The notes under the pieces were generated by a model. That model did no database searches. It saw nothing but the letters and a program-made list of their open reading frames with translations, and was not told the DNA's origin. From contig CATNEN010000038.1 of NCBI GenBank assembly GCA_950097015.1, positions 17,050,001 through 17,114,000 of the forward strand: DNA of 64,000 nucleotides, read 5' to 3'. The position numbers were made by a program, and so were the translations under genes. Of the stretch, positions 35,670 to 47,600 are shown in pieces (positions within the stretch are counted from its first letter, which is position 1; every line of letters begins with the position of its first letter). The stretch is from Macrostomum hystrix. Taxonomy: Eukaryota; Animalia; Platyhelminthes.

Positions 35670-38600
35670 CTGGGAGGTAGGGGAATATATTTCGCGATAT
35701 AATTAGCCTGATTTCATTAGAAGTGGCATAGGTGGAAGTCCTTAAGTCTCGGTCGATCTGGATGCAAGATCGGGGTAGATCGGGGATCTGGATGCAAAGG
35801 TGCAAACATGCCCAGAGAAAGATAAGAGGGTGAGACAGTAGAGGATGAGACAGTAGAGGATGAGACAGGAGAGGGTGAGACAGGAGAGGGTGAGACAGTA
35901 GAGGATGAGACAGGAGGAGATTAGATGGAGAGGGTGAGACAGGAGAGGGTGAGACAGGAGAAGGTGAGACAGGACAGGTTTAGACAGGAGAGGATGAGCC
36001 AGGAGAGGACGACACAGGAGAGGATGAGACAGGAGAGGATGAGACAGGAGAGGATGAGACAGGAGAGGATGAGATAGGAGAGGATGAGCCAGGAGAGGGT
36101 GAGACAGGAGAGGGTGAGACAGGAGAGGGTGAGACAGGAGAGGGTAAGACAGGAGAGGATGAGCCAGGAGAGGGTGAGACAGGAGAGGATGAGACAGGAG
36201 AGGATGAGATAGGAGAGGGTGAGACAGGAGAGGGTGAGACAGGAGAGGACGAGACAGGAGAGGGTGAGACAGGAGAGGGTAAGACAGGAGAGGATGAGAC
36301 AGGAGAGGGTGACGCAACTCGGTGGCTCACGCAGGCAGCTGGGTCTAGTCAGCAAGTCTCGAAGCCACAAGCACAGCTGCATAGGGTGGCTGCCCGTCCT
36401 GCTAGCGTAGAGGTCGTGATTATTGTCTCCGCGGCAGCTGCAGCGCTGAGTGAGCTCGGTGCCCAGCAGGAGGCGCCGCACTCGCTGACAGCGAGCCGGC
36501 TGGTCGGGCCGGCAGTCGACAGCCGATCCACCGCAGGCATCGCTGTAGTAGCGCAGTCTGACAAAGCAGCTGCGACTCGCTCGACAGTTTTCAGCTAGCT
36601 GTACGCAGTTGACAACCGGCTGGCCGGCTGGGGGCTCGTAGGCGCAGCGCGGCCGGAAGATGCCGGCCAACTGGCGACAGTCGGCATCGTCGGCAGGACA
36701 GTCGCAGGTGGCCGACTCCTTGGAGAATGTGTCGGCGTAGGCGTAGAATGCTTCGAGTTGGGTTAGGCAGAGCGGCCGGTTCTCGCAGGCGCCGCGTCTC
36801 CACTCGCAGGCCTGGGCCAGGGTGACGAATCGTTGCAGGCAGTCGAAATGTCGCACGCAGCTCTGGTAGACGTCGAAACAGTTCGATGCTGATGGAGTGG
36901 GTTAGGTGGCATGGGATGAGCTGGCAATCAATACGGATACGCAACTCTGGCGTCCATTGTGTGGTGTCTGTAATGTGGTGTCTATTGTGTGGCGTCCATT
37001 GTATGTTGGCTATTGTGTGGTGTCCATTGTGTGGCGTCTGTATTGTGGTGTCTATTTTGTGGTGTCCATTGTGTGGCGTCCATTGTATGTTGGCTATTGT
37101 GTGGTGTCCATTGCGTGGTGTCTGTATTGTGGTGTCTATTTTGTGGTGTCCATTGTGTGGCGTCCATTGTATGTTGGCTATTGTGTGGTGTCCATTGTGT
37201 GGCGTCTGTATTGTGGTGTCTATTTTGTGGTGTCCATTGTGTGGCGTCCATTGTATGTTGGCTATTGTGTGGTGTCCATTGCGTGGTGTCTGTATTGTGG
37301 TGTCTATTTTGTGGTGTCCATTGTGTGGCGTCCATTGTATGTTGGCTATTGTGTGGTGTCCATTGCGTGGTGTCTGTATTGTGGTGTCTATTTTGTGGTG
37401 TCCATTGTGTGGCGTCCATTGTATGTTGGCTATTGTGTGGTGTCCATTGCGTGGTGTCTGTATTGTGGTGTCTATTTTGTGGTGTCCATTGTGTGGCGTC
37501 CATTGTATGTTGGCTATTGTGTGGTGTCCATTGTGTGGCGTCTGTATTGTGGTGTCTATTTTGTGGTGTCCATTGTGTGGCGTCCATTGTATGTTGGCTA
37601 TTGTGTGGTGTCCATTGTGTGGTGTCTGTATTGTGGTGTCTATTTTGTGGTGTCCATTGTGTGGCGTCCATTGTATGTTGGCTATTGTGTGGTGTCCATT
37701 GTGTGGCGTCCATTGTATGTTGGCTATTGTGTGGTGTCCATTGCGTGGTGTCTGTATTGTGGTGTCTATTTTGTGGTGTCCATTGTGTGGCGTCCATTGT
37801 ATGTTGGCTATTGTGTGGTGTCCATTGTGTGGCGTCTGTATTGCGGTGTCTATTTTGTGGTGTCCATTGTGTGGCGTCCATTGTATGTTGGCTATTGTGT
37901 GGTGTCCATTGTGTGGTGTCTATTTTGTGGTGTCCATTGTGTGGTGTCCATTGTGTGGTGTCTGTATTGTGGTGTCTATTGTGTGGCGTCCATTGTGTGG
38001 TGTCTATTATTATTTGGTGTCTATTGTGTGGTGTCTATTAATTTGGTATCCATTGTGTGGTATCTGTAATGTGGTGTCTATTGTGTGTTGTCCATTGTGT
38101 GGTGTCTGTAATGTGGTGTCTATTGTGTGGCGTCCATTGTATGTTGGCTATTGTGTGGTGTCCATTGTGTGGCGTCTGTATTGTGGTGTCTATTTTGTGG
38201 TGTCCATTGTGTGGCGTCCATTGTATGTTGGCTATTGTGTGGTGTCCATTGCGTGGTGTCTGTATTGTGGTGTCTATTTTGTGGTGTCCATTGTGTGGCG
38301 TCCATTGTATGTTGGCTATTGTGTGGTGTCCATTGCGTGGTGTCTGTATTGTGGTGTCTATTTTGTGGTGTCCATTGTGTGGCGTCCATTGTATGTTGGC
38401 TATTGTGTGGTGTCCATTGCGTGGTGTCTGTATTGTGGTGTCTATTTTGTGGTGTCCATTGTGTGGCGTCCATTGTATGTTGGCTATTGTGTGGTGTCCA
38501 TTGTGTGGCGTCTGTATTGTGGTGTCTATTTTGTGGTGTCCATTGTGTGGCGTCCATTGTATGTTGGCTATTGTGTGGTGTCCATTGTGTGGTGTCTATT

Positions 38601-41600
38601 TTGTGGTGTCCATTGTGTGGTGTCCATTGTGTGGTGTCTGTATTGTGGTGTCTATTGTGTGGCGTCCATTGTGTGGTGTCTATTATTATTTGGTGTCTAT
38701 TGTGTGGTGTCTATTAATTTGGTATCCATTGTGTGGTATCTGTAATGTGGTGTCTATTGTGTGTTGTCCATTGTGTGGTGTCTGTATTGTGGTGTCTATT
38801 TTGTGGTGTCCATTGTGTGGTGTCCATTGTGTGGTGTCTGTATTGTGGTGTCTATTTTGTGGTGTCCATTGTGTGGCGTCCATTGTGTGGTGTCTATTAT
38901 GTGGTGTCTATTGTGTGGTGTCTATTAATTTGGTATCGATTGTGTGGTGTCTGTAATGTGGTGTCTATTGAGTGGTGTCCATTGTGTGGTGTCTGTAATG
39001 TGGTGTCTATTGTGTGGCGTCCATTGTGTGGCGTCCATTGTGTGGCGTCCATTGTGTGGTGTCCATTGTGTGGTGTCTGTAATGTGGTGTCCATTGTGTG
39101 GCGTCCATTGTGTGGCGTCCATTGTGTGGTGTCAATAATGTGGTGTCCGTTTTTGTGTTGTACATTTTTGCGTTGTCCATTGTGAGGTGTCTATTGAGTG
39201 TTGTCTGTAATGTGGTGTATATTGCGTAGACGTACTGTGTATTTTTTGTGTCTACGAGCTATTTCCTGGTTTCAGTGTGGGTTCTATTGTGTCTACGACA
39301 TCAGACAAAATCTGCTCCTAAGACGGTAGTGTTTTGCTAACTACTAACAGTAGTATTAGTGCTTAAAGCCTAGCGAAGCAAAACAGAAAAGTCTTTCGTA
39401 CGTTTGATCACTTCGTAGGATGACGTGTCGAGAAGTTCGCCAGATGGAGACTTGCCGGTATCTGGCAGGTTGACTTCACCTGAGGATCCGCTTCCGCCGT
39501 AGCCGCCACTGTGCTGCTGCTGCTGCTGTTGCTCTTTGGACTTTGGCTGCAGTAGGCCGATGTTGTAGGCGTCATTGAAAAACTCTGCGGCATATGACGG
39601 ATATGAGGCAAGGTTGATGGACAATCATAACTGGCAAATTTTATGAGACAGTTAAGATACACAGAACATACAGGCGGCTAGGATAAAGACCAGGGACACG
39701 CAGCCAGGACAGACAGCCAGGATAGACACCCAGGACAGGCAGCCAGGACAGACACCCAGAACAGACAGCAAGGACAGACACCCAGGACAGGCAGCCAGGA
39801 CAGACACCCAGGACAGACACCCAGGACAGGCAGCCAGGACAGACACCCAGGACAGACACCCAGGACAGACACCCAGGACAGGCAGCCAGGACAGGCAGCT
39901 AGAACAGACACCCAGAACAGGCAGCAAGGACAGACACCCAGGACAGACACCCAGGACAGGCAGCAAGGGCAGACACCCAAGACAGGCAGCCAGGACGGGC
40001 ACCCAAGACAGGCAGCCAGGACAGACACCCAAGACAGGCAGCCAGGACGGGCACCCAAGACAGGCAGCCAGGACGGGCATCCAAGACAGGCAGCCAGGAC
40101 GGGCACCCAAGACAGGCAGCAAGGACGGGCATCCAAGACAGGCAGCCAGGACGGGCACCCAAGACAGGCAGCCAGGACGGCCACCCAGGACTCACGCAGG
40201 CAAATATTTCCCGGATAAGCGCGCCGTATTCGATCGCACTGCAGCCTCTCAGCGCCGGTGTAATTGACGCAGGTGCAGGGAATCAGGCCGTGTCGCCGCA
40301 AAGCCTCGTAGGACTCCAAGCAGGCGGCCCGCTGGCCGGGACACTTGCTGACGTCCTCGAAGCCGCAGCTGGTGAGGAAAGAGTTGGCGTCTTTGGCGCA
40401 GTCCGGCGTGTCGAAGCAGCGACTTCGACGCTCGAGGCAGCTGCCACCGCGACCGTCGTCAGGCGGTGGGCTGGCTTCGAGCTGGCGGAGTCTGGCGAGG
40501 TAGGCAGCTGACTGGCTCTCTGACGAGCTGCCCCCTTCGCCGACGCCGCCGCTGATGCTGTTGCTGCTTTGAACAGGTTGATTGCCACCAATCGACGTTG
40601 ATGCCGGCTGGGATTCTGTGTCAGTGGATGAAGTTGAAAACGAATTATGCATTGTTTCTATGGCTTCAGCTTAAGTCGGACTCTCAAATTGAAGGTCTGG
40701 GGTTCGATTTCCGACTCCACTGGAACAAATTGTGTTATTTAGCAATGTCCAGCTGTGAACAGAAGAACTACCACGGTACTTTTACCCCTGGGGAATTTCA
40801 ACCCGCTGCCAACTTCACGATAGCTCCCAAACCGAATGACCGATTTTCGTGAAAGTCCACCATTTCGATCCAAATTTTTCGCCCCTTTTGATGAAACAAC
40901 TTTCAACAGCCTTCTGACGTCAGCGTCGTCGAGATATTCAGCGATTTTTATCGCTGAATTAGAGGGTTGTGTGGGGTACTACCAGTCCGTGTACTGAACA
41001 GCCGTACGCAGCATTCAGATGGGCCGCGCAATAGCTGCGTCTGTGCTGTCGGCTGCACATCTGGCTCAACTGGGTTACTTGTCATTTTTCTATCGTCTTA
41101 TATTTATTATTGTATCTCAGGGGTTAGTGCTTAAGACTTCTGACAGAGGTCGGGAGTTCGAATTTTAACTACTCTCACGTCTACAACTATGCTAAGAAAT
41201 ATGCACAGGACTGCATACCTAATGTACTCCCCAGCTCTCTCGGACGCCGGTTGACAGCCGCGTGTCAGCAATGGAATATATTTTTTCCAAACATATCGGC
41301 AGCATCCAAACCCCAACTGAATAGCCGCACAGAACTGCTTTATTCCACGCCAGCCGGAATTATTATTACCCGACGAAATGTCGGTACTCATTTGCAGCTG
41401 AGTAGACTGTGTGCACATCAGGGCAAAGCAGCTTGCCAAAGGCTGCACGAATAGTTCTAGACTAGGTCGGGAGTCGAACCCAGGACCATCTGATTCAGAG
41501 TCCGACACCTTATTGACTGAGCTTTCCGCACTTTTAAATTAAATTAATTAAAAAGAAATATGCGCTTTTTTTGTTTTTAGCCTTCTAGCGCGAATTATTA

Positions 41601-44600
41601 TTATTATTTTAATGAAATCAACGTTTTTTAATTTACAATTTTTAATTTATCTACTTGTAGTAGTAGCCTGAACTCAAGCAGCATTTTGTCCTCGAACTCG
41701 TGACCGACTCCTCCCAGATAATAAGAAAGTCAAACGGACACACAGAGAGCAATAGCAGTTGCAGGCAGGCGAACATGCAAAAACTTTGAAGACATCTTTT
41801 TGACACCCACAAACACCCACATACACACGGCGCCCGCTAGTCATGCCTACACAAATTCTAATAGGCCGAGAGGACCTGATTCAATTAGGAGTCCAAAAAT
41901 CTAGCCATTGCTCAGGGACGGTCAGCGAACGGCGGAAACTTAAAGAGAAAAAAATCTTTAGAGGAGAAATTGGCGGCTGGCCTTCCTAACGACCCGTTTC
42001 TCTCTGTATTTTTGTCTCCCTATTTCCCTCTTTGAGTCGTCAATACGAAGGAATATAGTAAAGGCAAAGTGAACCCTTTCTAAACCAACCGGACCTCGTT
42101 ATAAATTCCGCTTGGCTTGGTACAAAACACTTGCCCTCACCCGCACGCATGCGCAAACACATGCAAGCAAACCGACACTATAAACTTCTCTATAGTGAAG
42201 TTTCTGTCTCCATCAGAATCATTGCTTCGATATTTCCCAGAGAATTGGGATTATTAAAAGGTTGAAACTATCGGCCTGTTTTGGCAATAAATTGTTCACA
42301 ATTTTAATGAAAGCTCTCGGTTTTTATCTCGCTATCTTATCTGCCCATCATATCTGAATCTTGTTCTTCGCTCATGCTCTCACTTTTATCTCAAATCTAT
42401 CATCTATCGATCTCATCTCTCGCTCCCATCTCTCACTCACATCTCTCACCCCGTCTCACACTCACATCTCTCACTTCCATCTCTCACTCCCGTCTGTCCC
42501 TCACATCTCTCACTCCCGTCTCTCACCCACAACTCTCGCTCACATCTCTCACCCACAACTCTCGCTCCCATCTCTCACCCACAACTCTCGCTCACATCTC
42601 TCACACTCTTGTTGTCACTCTATTTCCGTTCACTCTTGTTGTCACTCTATTTCCGTTCACTCTTGTTGTCACTCTATTTCCATTCACTCTTGTTGTCACT
42701 CTATTTCCGTTCACTCTTGTTGTCACTCTATTTCCGTTCACTCTTGTTGTCACTCAAATTCTCTTTCACTATTACTGTTGTCAGTCTATTTCCATTCACT
42801 CTTGCTGTCACTCTATTTCCGTTCACTCTTGTTGTCACTCTATTTCCGTTCACTCTTGTTGTCACTCTATTTCCATTCACTCTTGTTGTCACTCTATTTC
42901 CGTTCACTCTTGTTGTCACTCTATTTCCATTCAATCTTGTTGTCACTCAAATTCTCTTTCACTATTACTGTTGTCAGTCTATTTCCATTCACTCTTGTTG
43001 TCACTCTATTCCCATTCACTCTTGTTGTCTTTCTATTTCCATTCATTCTTGTTGTCACTCTATTTCCATTTACTCTAGTTGTCACTCAAATTCTCTTTCA
43101 CTATTACTGTTGTCAGTCTATTTCCATTCACTCTTGTTGTCACTCTATTCCCATTCACTCTTGTTGTCACTCTTTTTCCATTCATTCTTGTTGTCACTCT
43201 ATTTCCATTCACTCTTGTTGTCAGTCTATTTCCATTCACTCTTGTTGTCACTCTATTTCCATTCACTCTTGTTGTCACTCTATTTCCGTTCACTCTTGTT
43301 GTCAGTCTATTTCCGTTCACTCCTGTTGTCACTCTATTTCCGTTCACTCCTGTTGTCACTCTATTTCCGTTCACTCTTGTTGTCAGTCTATTTCTTTTCA
43401 CTCTTGTTGTCACTCTATTTCCATTCACTCTTGTTGTCACTCTATTTCCATTCACTCTTGTTGTCACTCTATTTCCATTCACTCTTGTTGTCACTCTATT
43501 TCCGTTCACTCTCGTTGTCACTCTATTTCCGTTCACTCTTGTTGTCACTCTATTTCCATTCACTCTTGTTGTCACTCTATTTCCGTTCACTCTTGTTGTC
43601 ACTCTATTTCCGTTCACTCTTGTTGTCACTCAAAGTCTCTTTCACTATTACTGTTGTCACTCTATTTCCATTCAGTCTTGTTGTCACTCTATTTCCATTC
43701 AGTCTTGTTGTCACTCTATTTCCATTCAGTCTTGTTGTCACTCTATTTCCATTCAGTCTTGTTGTCACTCTATTTCCATTCACTCTTGTTGTCACTCTAT
43801 TTCCATTCACTCTTGTTGTCACTCTATTTCCATTCACTGTTGCTGTCACTCTATTTAACTTTCACTCTTGTTTTTTTCAAAATATAATGAAAGAAAACAT
43901 TTTCCTAAGTAATGAACATCCAAGACCACACCCAAGGCCACCGGTTTAAGAAGCAGTTTTTGAGTACACTAAAGCAGACCCTAATTGCGTGCGCTGTCTC
44001 CAGGCATGGAATTTATCGAGCACGCCAAGATAAGGAACTGTCCAATTAAATCCCATTTCCTGCTTTCGCAATAATACAATTTCATTTGAGTGAAAGTCAA
44101 TTTCTGGAACATTAACCGCCAGGTCAACTCTTAGTTGGCATTATATTTCTTTCGGAGCTGAGAGCCACAAAACTAGATTAATGCCAAACAGGCTCACAGA
44201 AAGAATCGCTGATTGGCGGGTCCACCTGTCTCCAAGGCGGAATGAAAGGGACAGCAGAGCACTGACTAGCGCCAGTTTGAGCAATATTAGACGGCTGAAA
44301 AATATTTTGCGATGACTCATTAGAGTAGAGACAGATACATTCTGGTCACTGTCAACTGGGTTGCTAAGGTTGGGTGGGCACTAGAAAAAAACGGTTGACC
44401 TTTTATTGACGACGACATTGACCCGTAGCATCTGTTGCAGCTTAACTCTATCCTATAATTAATCTACTTTGACATTCTGTCATCTAATTGTCAGCCATCT
44501 GCCCCAGCTCTACTGTGAGTTCCCCTGTCTTCTCTGATCTATTGCGTCTCCAAATACAATCCTGATCCCACTGATTCTCTCCTCTCAGCCCCACTCTCCC

Positions 44601-47600
44601 TCTGATCTCCACTCTCCCTCTGATCTCCACTCTCCCTCTGATCTCCACTCTCTCTCATCTCCACTCTCCCTCTGATCTCCACTCTCCCTCTCATCTCTAC
44701 TCTCTCTCTCATCTCCACTCTCCCTCTGATCTCCACTCTCTCTCATCTCCACTCTACCTCTCATCTCCACTCAGTGTCCTCTCTCCTCTCTCCCGCTCTC
44801 TCTCTCCCTCTCTCCCGCTCTCTCTCTCCCTCTCTCTCAGGCCAGCACCGGCGTCTCGTACGACCGAGTCAGTGCCACGGAGTTGAGTGAGTGTGGATTG
44901 AGTTGCGGGGCGCTGCCGAATCGATTACGATATGTTGAGATTGAAAGCTGGATTTGAACAAGCGCCTATTGCCTAATGGCTAGAGCGCCAGGCTAGACTC
45001 TACTGATGAGCTCCAATAAGAGCGAAACGCGTCTGGAGTTGCCTTGGTTCGAATCCTGATTTCAATTTTTTCGATACATATCGGAATCGATTCCAACATT
45101 AGATTTTTGTAATTCAATGGGCAGTGTCCTCTCTCCTCTCTCCCGCTCTCATCTCTACTCTCTCTCTCATCTCCACTCTCTCTCTCATCTCCACTCTCTC
45201 TCTCATCTCCACTCTCCCTCTCATCTCCACTCTCCCTCTGATCTCCACTCTCCCTCTCATCTCTACTCTCTCTCTCATCTCCACTCTCCCTCTGATCTCC
45301 ACTCTCTCTCTCATCTCCACTCTCCCTCTGATCTCCACTCTCCCTCTCATCTCTACTCTCTCTCTCTCATCTCCACTCTCCCTCTGATCTCCACTCTCTC
45401 TCTCATCTCCACTCTCCCTCTGATCTCCACTCTCTCTCATCTCCACTCTCTCTCTCATCTCCACTCTCCTTCTGATCTCCACTCTCCCTCTCATCTCTAC
45501 TCTCTCTCTCATCTCCACTCTCCCTCTGATCTCCACTCTCTCTCATCTCCACTGTCTCTCTCATCTCCAGTCTCCCTCTCATCTGATCTATTATATCTAC
45601 TATTTATTCTAATTTAACTCTGCCTCTCGCTGTAATCTCTCTCTTTAAAAGGGACACAGGCTGATAAGGGGCATGTTTAGTCTATGAAAGCAAAGAAAAC
45701 AACCAATTAACAAGGCGGCAGATTTTAGTCTACGGAGAGTTCTTGTCATACCGGAAGCAAAATGTGATACTCGTAGCTATTTTAAAACTTAGCCATTTAT
45801 CCCAGACAGAGGGAGATAGTGCGGTTGGTTAATTAGAAGACAGTTCTTGTCTGCACTGCTAGCTCCAGGGGGTTGTCAAGCGAAAAGCTTTGCCCAGAAA
45901 TATTCATTTTGGCATCTGAAAACCGCCTTATAGGCTGAGAAGAAATAATAAGTATTTCTCTGTTCCGTCTTCCAGTTAGCAAAGCCAGTCATTTTTTTCA
46001 AACCCTTGGCGAGTAACTAGCACCTAAGAGTTTAAGAGGGCCACTTCTACTTCAAATGGAGAATTGCCGACAATAAATTAGTTGAGTAGATATGATCGGT
46101 TCGTATGAATAGTATGAGTTGTTTATTAATATTGGCGCGCACAGGTGTCTCACCCTGGCTTCTCGAGTATCTCGAGTCGCGTTGTGTTGAGAAAAGGGGG
46201 AATTAACACTGGCGTACAGTAGCTTTGCTAAGCCGCTTTTACAAGAGCCACATATGCAGACAAATGCATAGAGTGGAGAAAGACTGAGAGGGTGGAGAAA
46301 GACTGAGAGGGTGGAGAAAGAAGGGGAGAGAGTGGAGAAAGATGGAGAGAGAGTGGAGAAAGACTGAGAGGGTGGAGAAAGAAGGGGAGAGAGTGGAGAA
46401 AGATGGAGAGAGAGTGGAGAAAGAAGGGGAGAAAGAGGAGAAAGATGGAGAGAGAGTGGAGAAAGACTGAGAGGGTAGAGAAAGAAGGGGAGAGAGTGGA
46501 GAAAGATGGAGAGAGAGTGGAGAAAGACTGAGAGGGTGGAGAAAGAAGGGGAGAGAGTGGAGAAAGATGGAGAGAGAGTGGAGAAAGACTGAGAGGGTGG
46601 AGAAAGAAGGGGAGAGAGTGGAGAAAGAAGGGGAGAGAGTGGAGAAAGAAGGAGAGAGTGGAGAAAGAGAGACAGAGGGTGGAGAAAGAAGGGGAGAGAG
46701 TGGAGAAAGAAGGGGAGAGAGTGGAGAAAGAAGGAGAGAGTGGAGAAAGAGAGACAGAGAGTGGAGAAAGACTGAGAGGGTGGAGAAAGAAGGGGAGAGA
46801 GTGGAGAAAGAAGGGGAGAGAGTGGAGAAAGAAGGAGAGAGTGGAGAAAGAGAGACAGAGGGTGGAGAAAGAAGGGGAGAGAGTGGAGAAAGAAGGGGAG
46901 AGAGTGGAGAAAGAAGGAGAGAGTGGAGAAAGAGAGACAGAGAGTGGAGAAAGAAAGAGAGAGTGGAGAAAGAGAGACAGAGAGTGGAGAAAGAGGGGCA
47001 GAGAGTGGATAAAGAGGGAGGGAGATAGAATGGATAAAGAGGGTAGATTTGAAAAATACGAAGTTAGCAAGATTGGATAATCCGAAAAATGGACAGATTA
47101 TATAAAAATCCTGCTTGAATTTGGGTCATGGATAAGAATCAAAGCGAAGTGTTCTGCAATAATCTTAAACTTATCTACGATTTATAATCACAAGATTGAA
47201 AGTTACTAATTGGAATGATCATTAAACGGAGGCCTAGCCGTTACGCAATGTCATTAGGCATCAACTTGTAGGTCGGCATTATTTCCTTTGATCTAGTTGC
47301 GCAAAGTTCACCTTTATTCTAGTCGGCAAATCAATTAGTGCGTGCCTGTCAAAACACTCGCGGTACAGGCATGTTGTGGGCGCTCGTTATCTCCCGATAG
47401 CCTACACTATATGTTATATTTAATTCGGTTATAATAAATGGGGAAATACCAAATGTAAAATAGAATGCATAAGCCGAGATTAGATAGAACTAGATAAGAT
47501 TAGGTAGGATGAAATGAGATAAGATGAGATGAAACAAAATGATGAGACAATATTATATGAAATGTCGAGGACTGATATGAGATTAGATAACTGATAGTAT

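Noticed and set aside
36886-39185. 619-aa Cys/Val-rich ORF and overlapping ORFs
   Set aside because: Satellite inside an intron of the opposite-strand GFRalpha-like gene.
41660-41800. Short hydrophobic minus-strand ORFs as a candidate signal-peptide exon for the GFRalpha-like gene
   Set aside because: They end in stops without a convincing phase-1 donor, and upstream exons at 48037 and 57947 already join in phase.
42361-43949. 508-aa and 446-aa ORFs
   Set aside because: 27-bp satellite open in all three frames.
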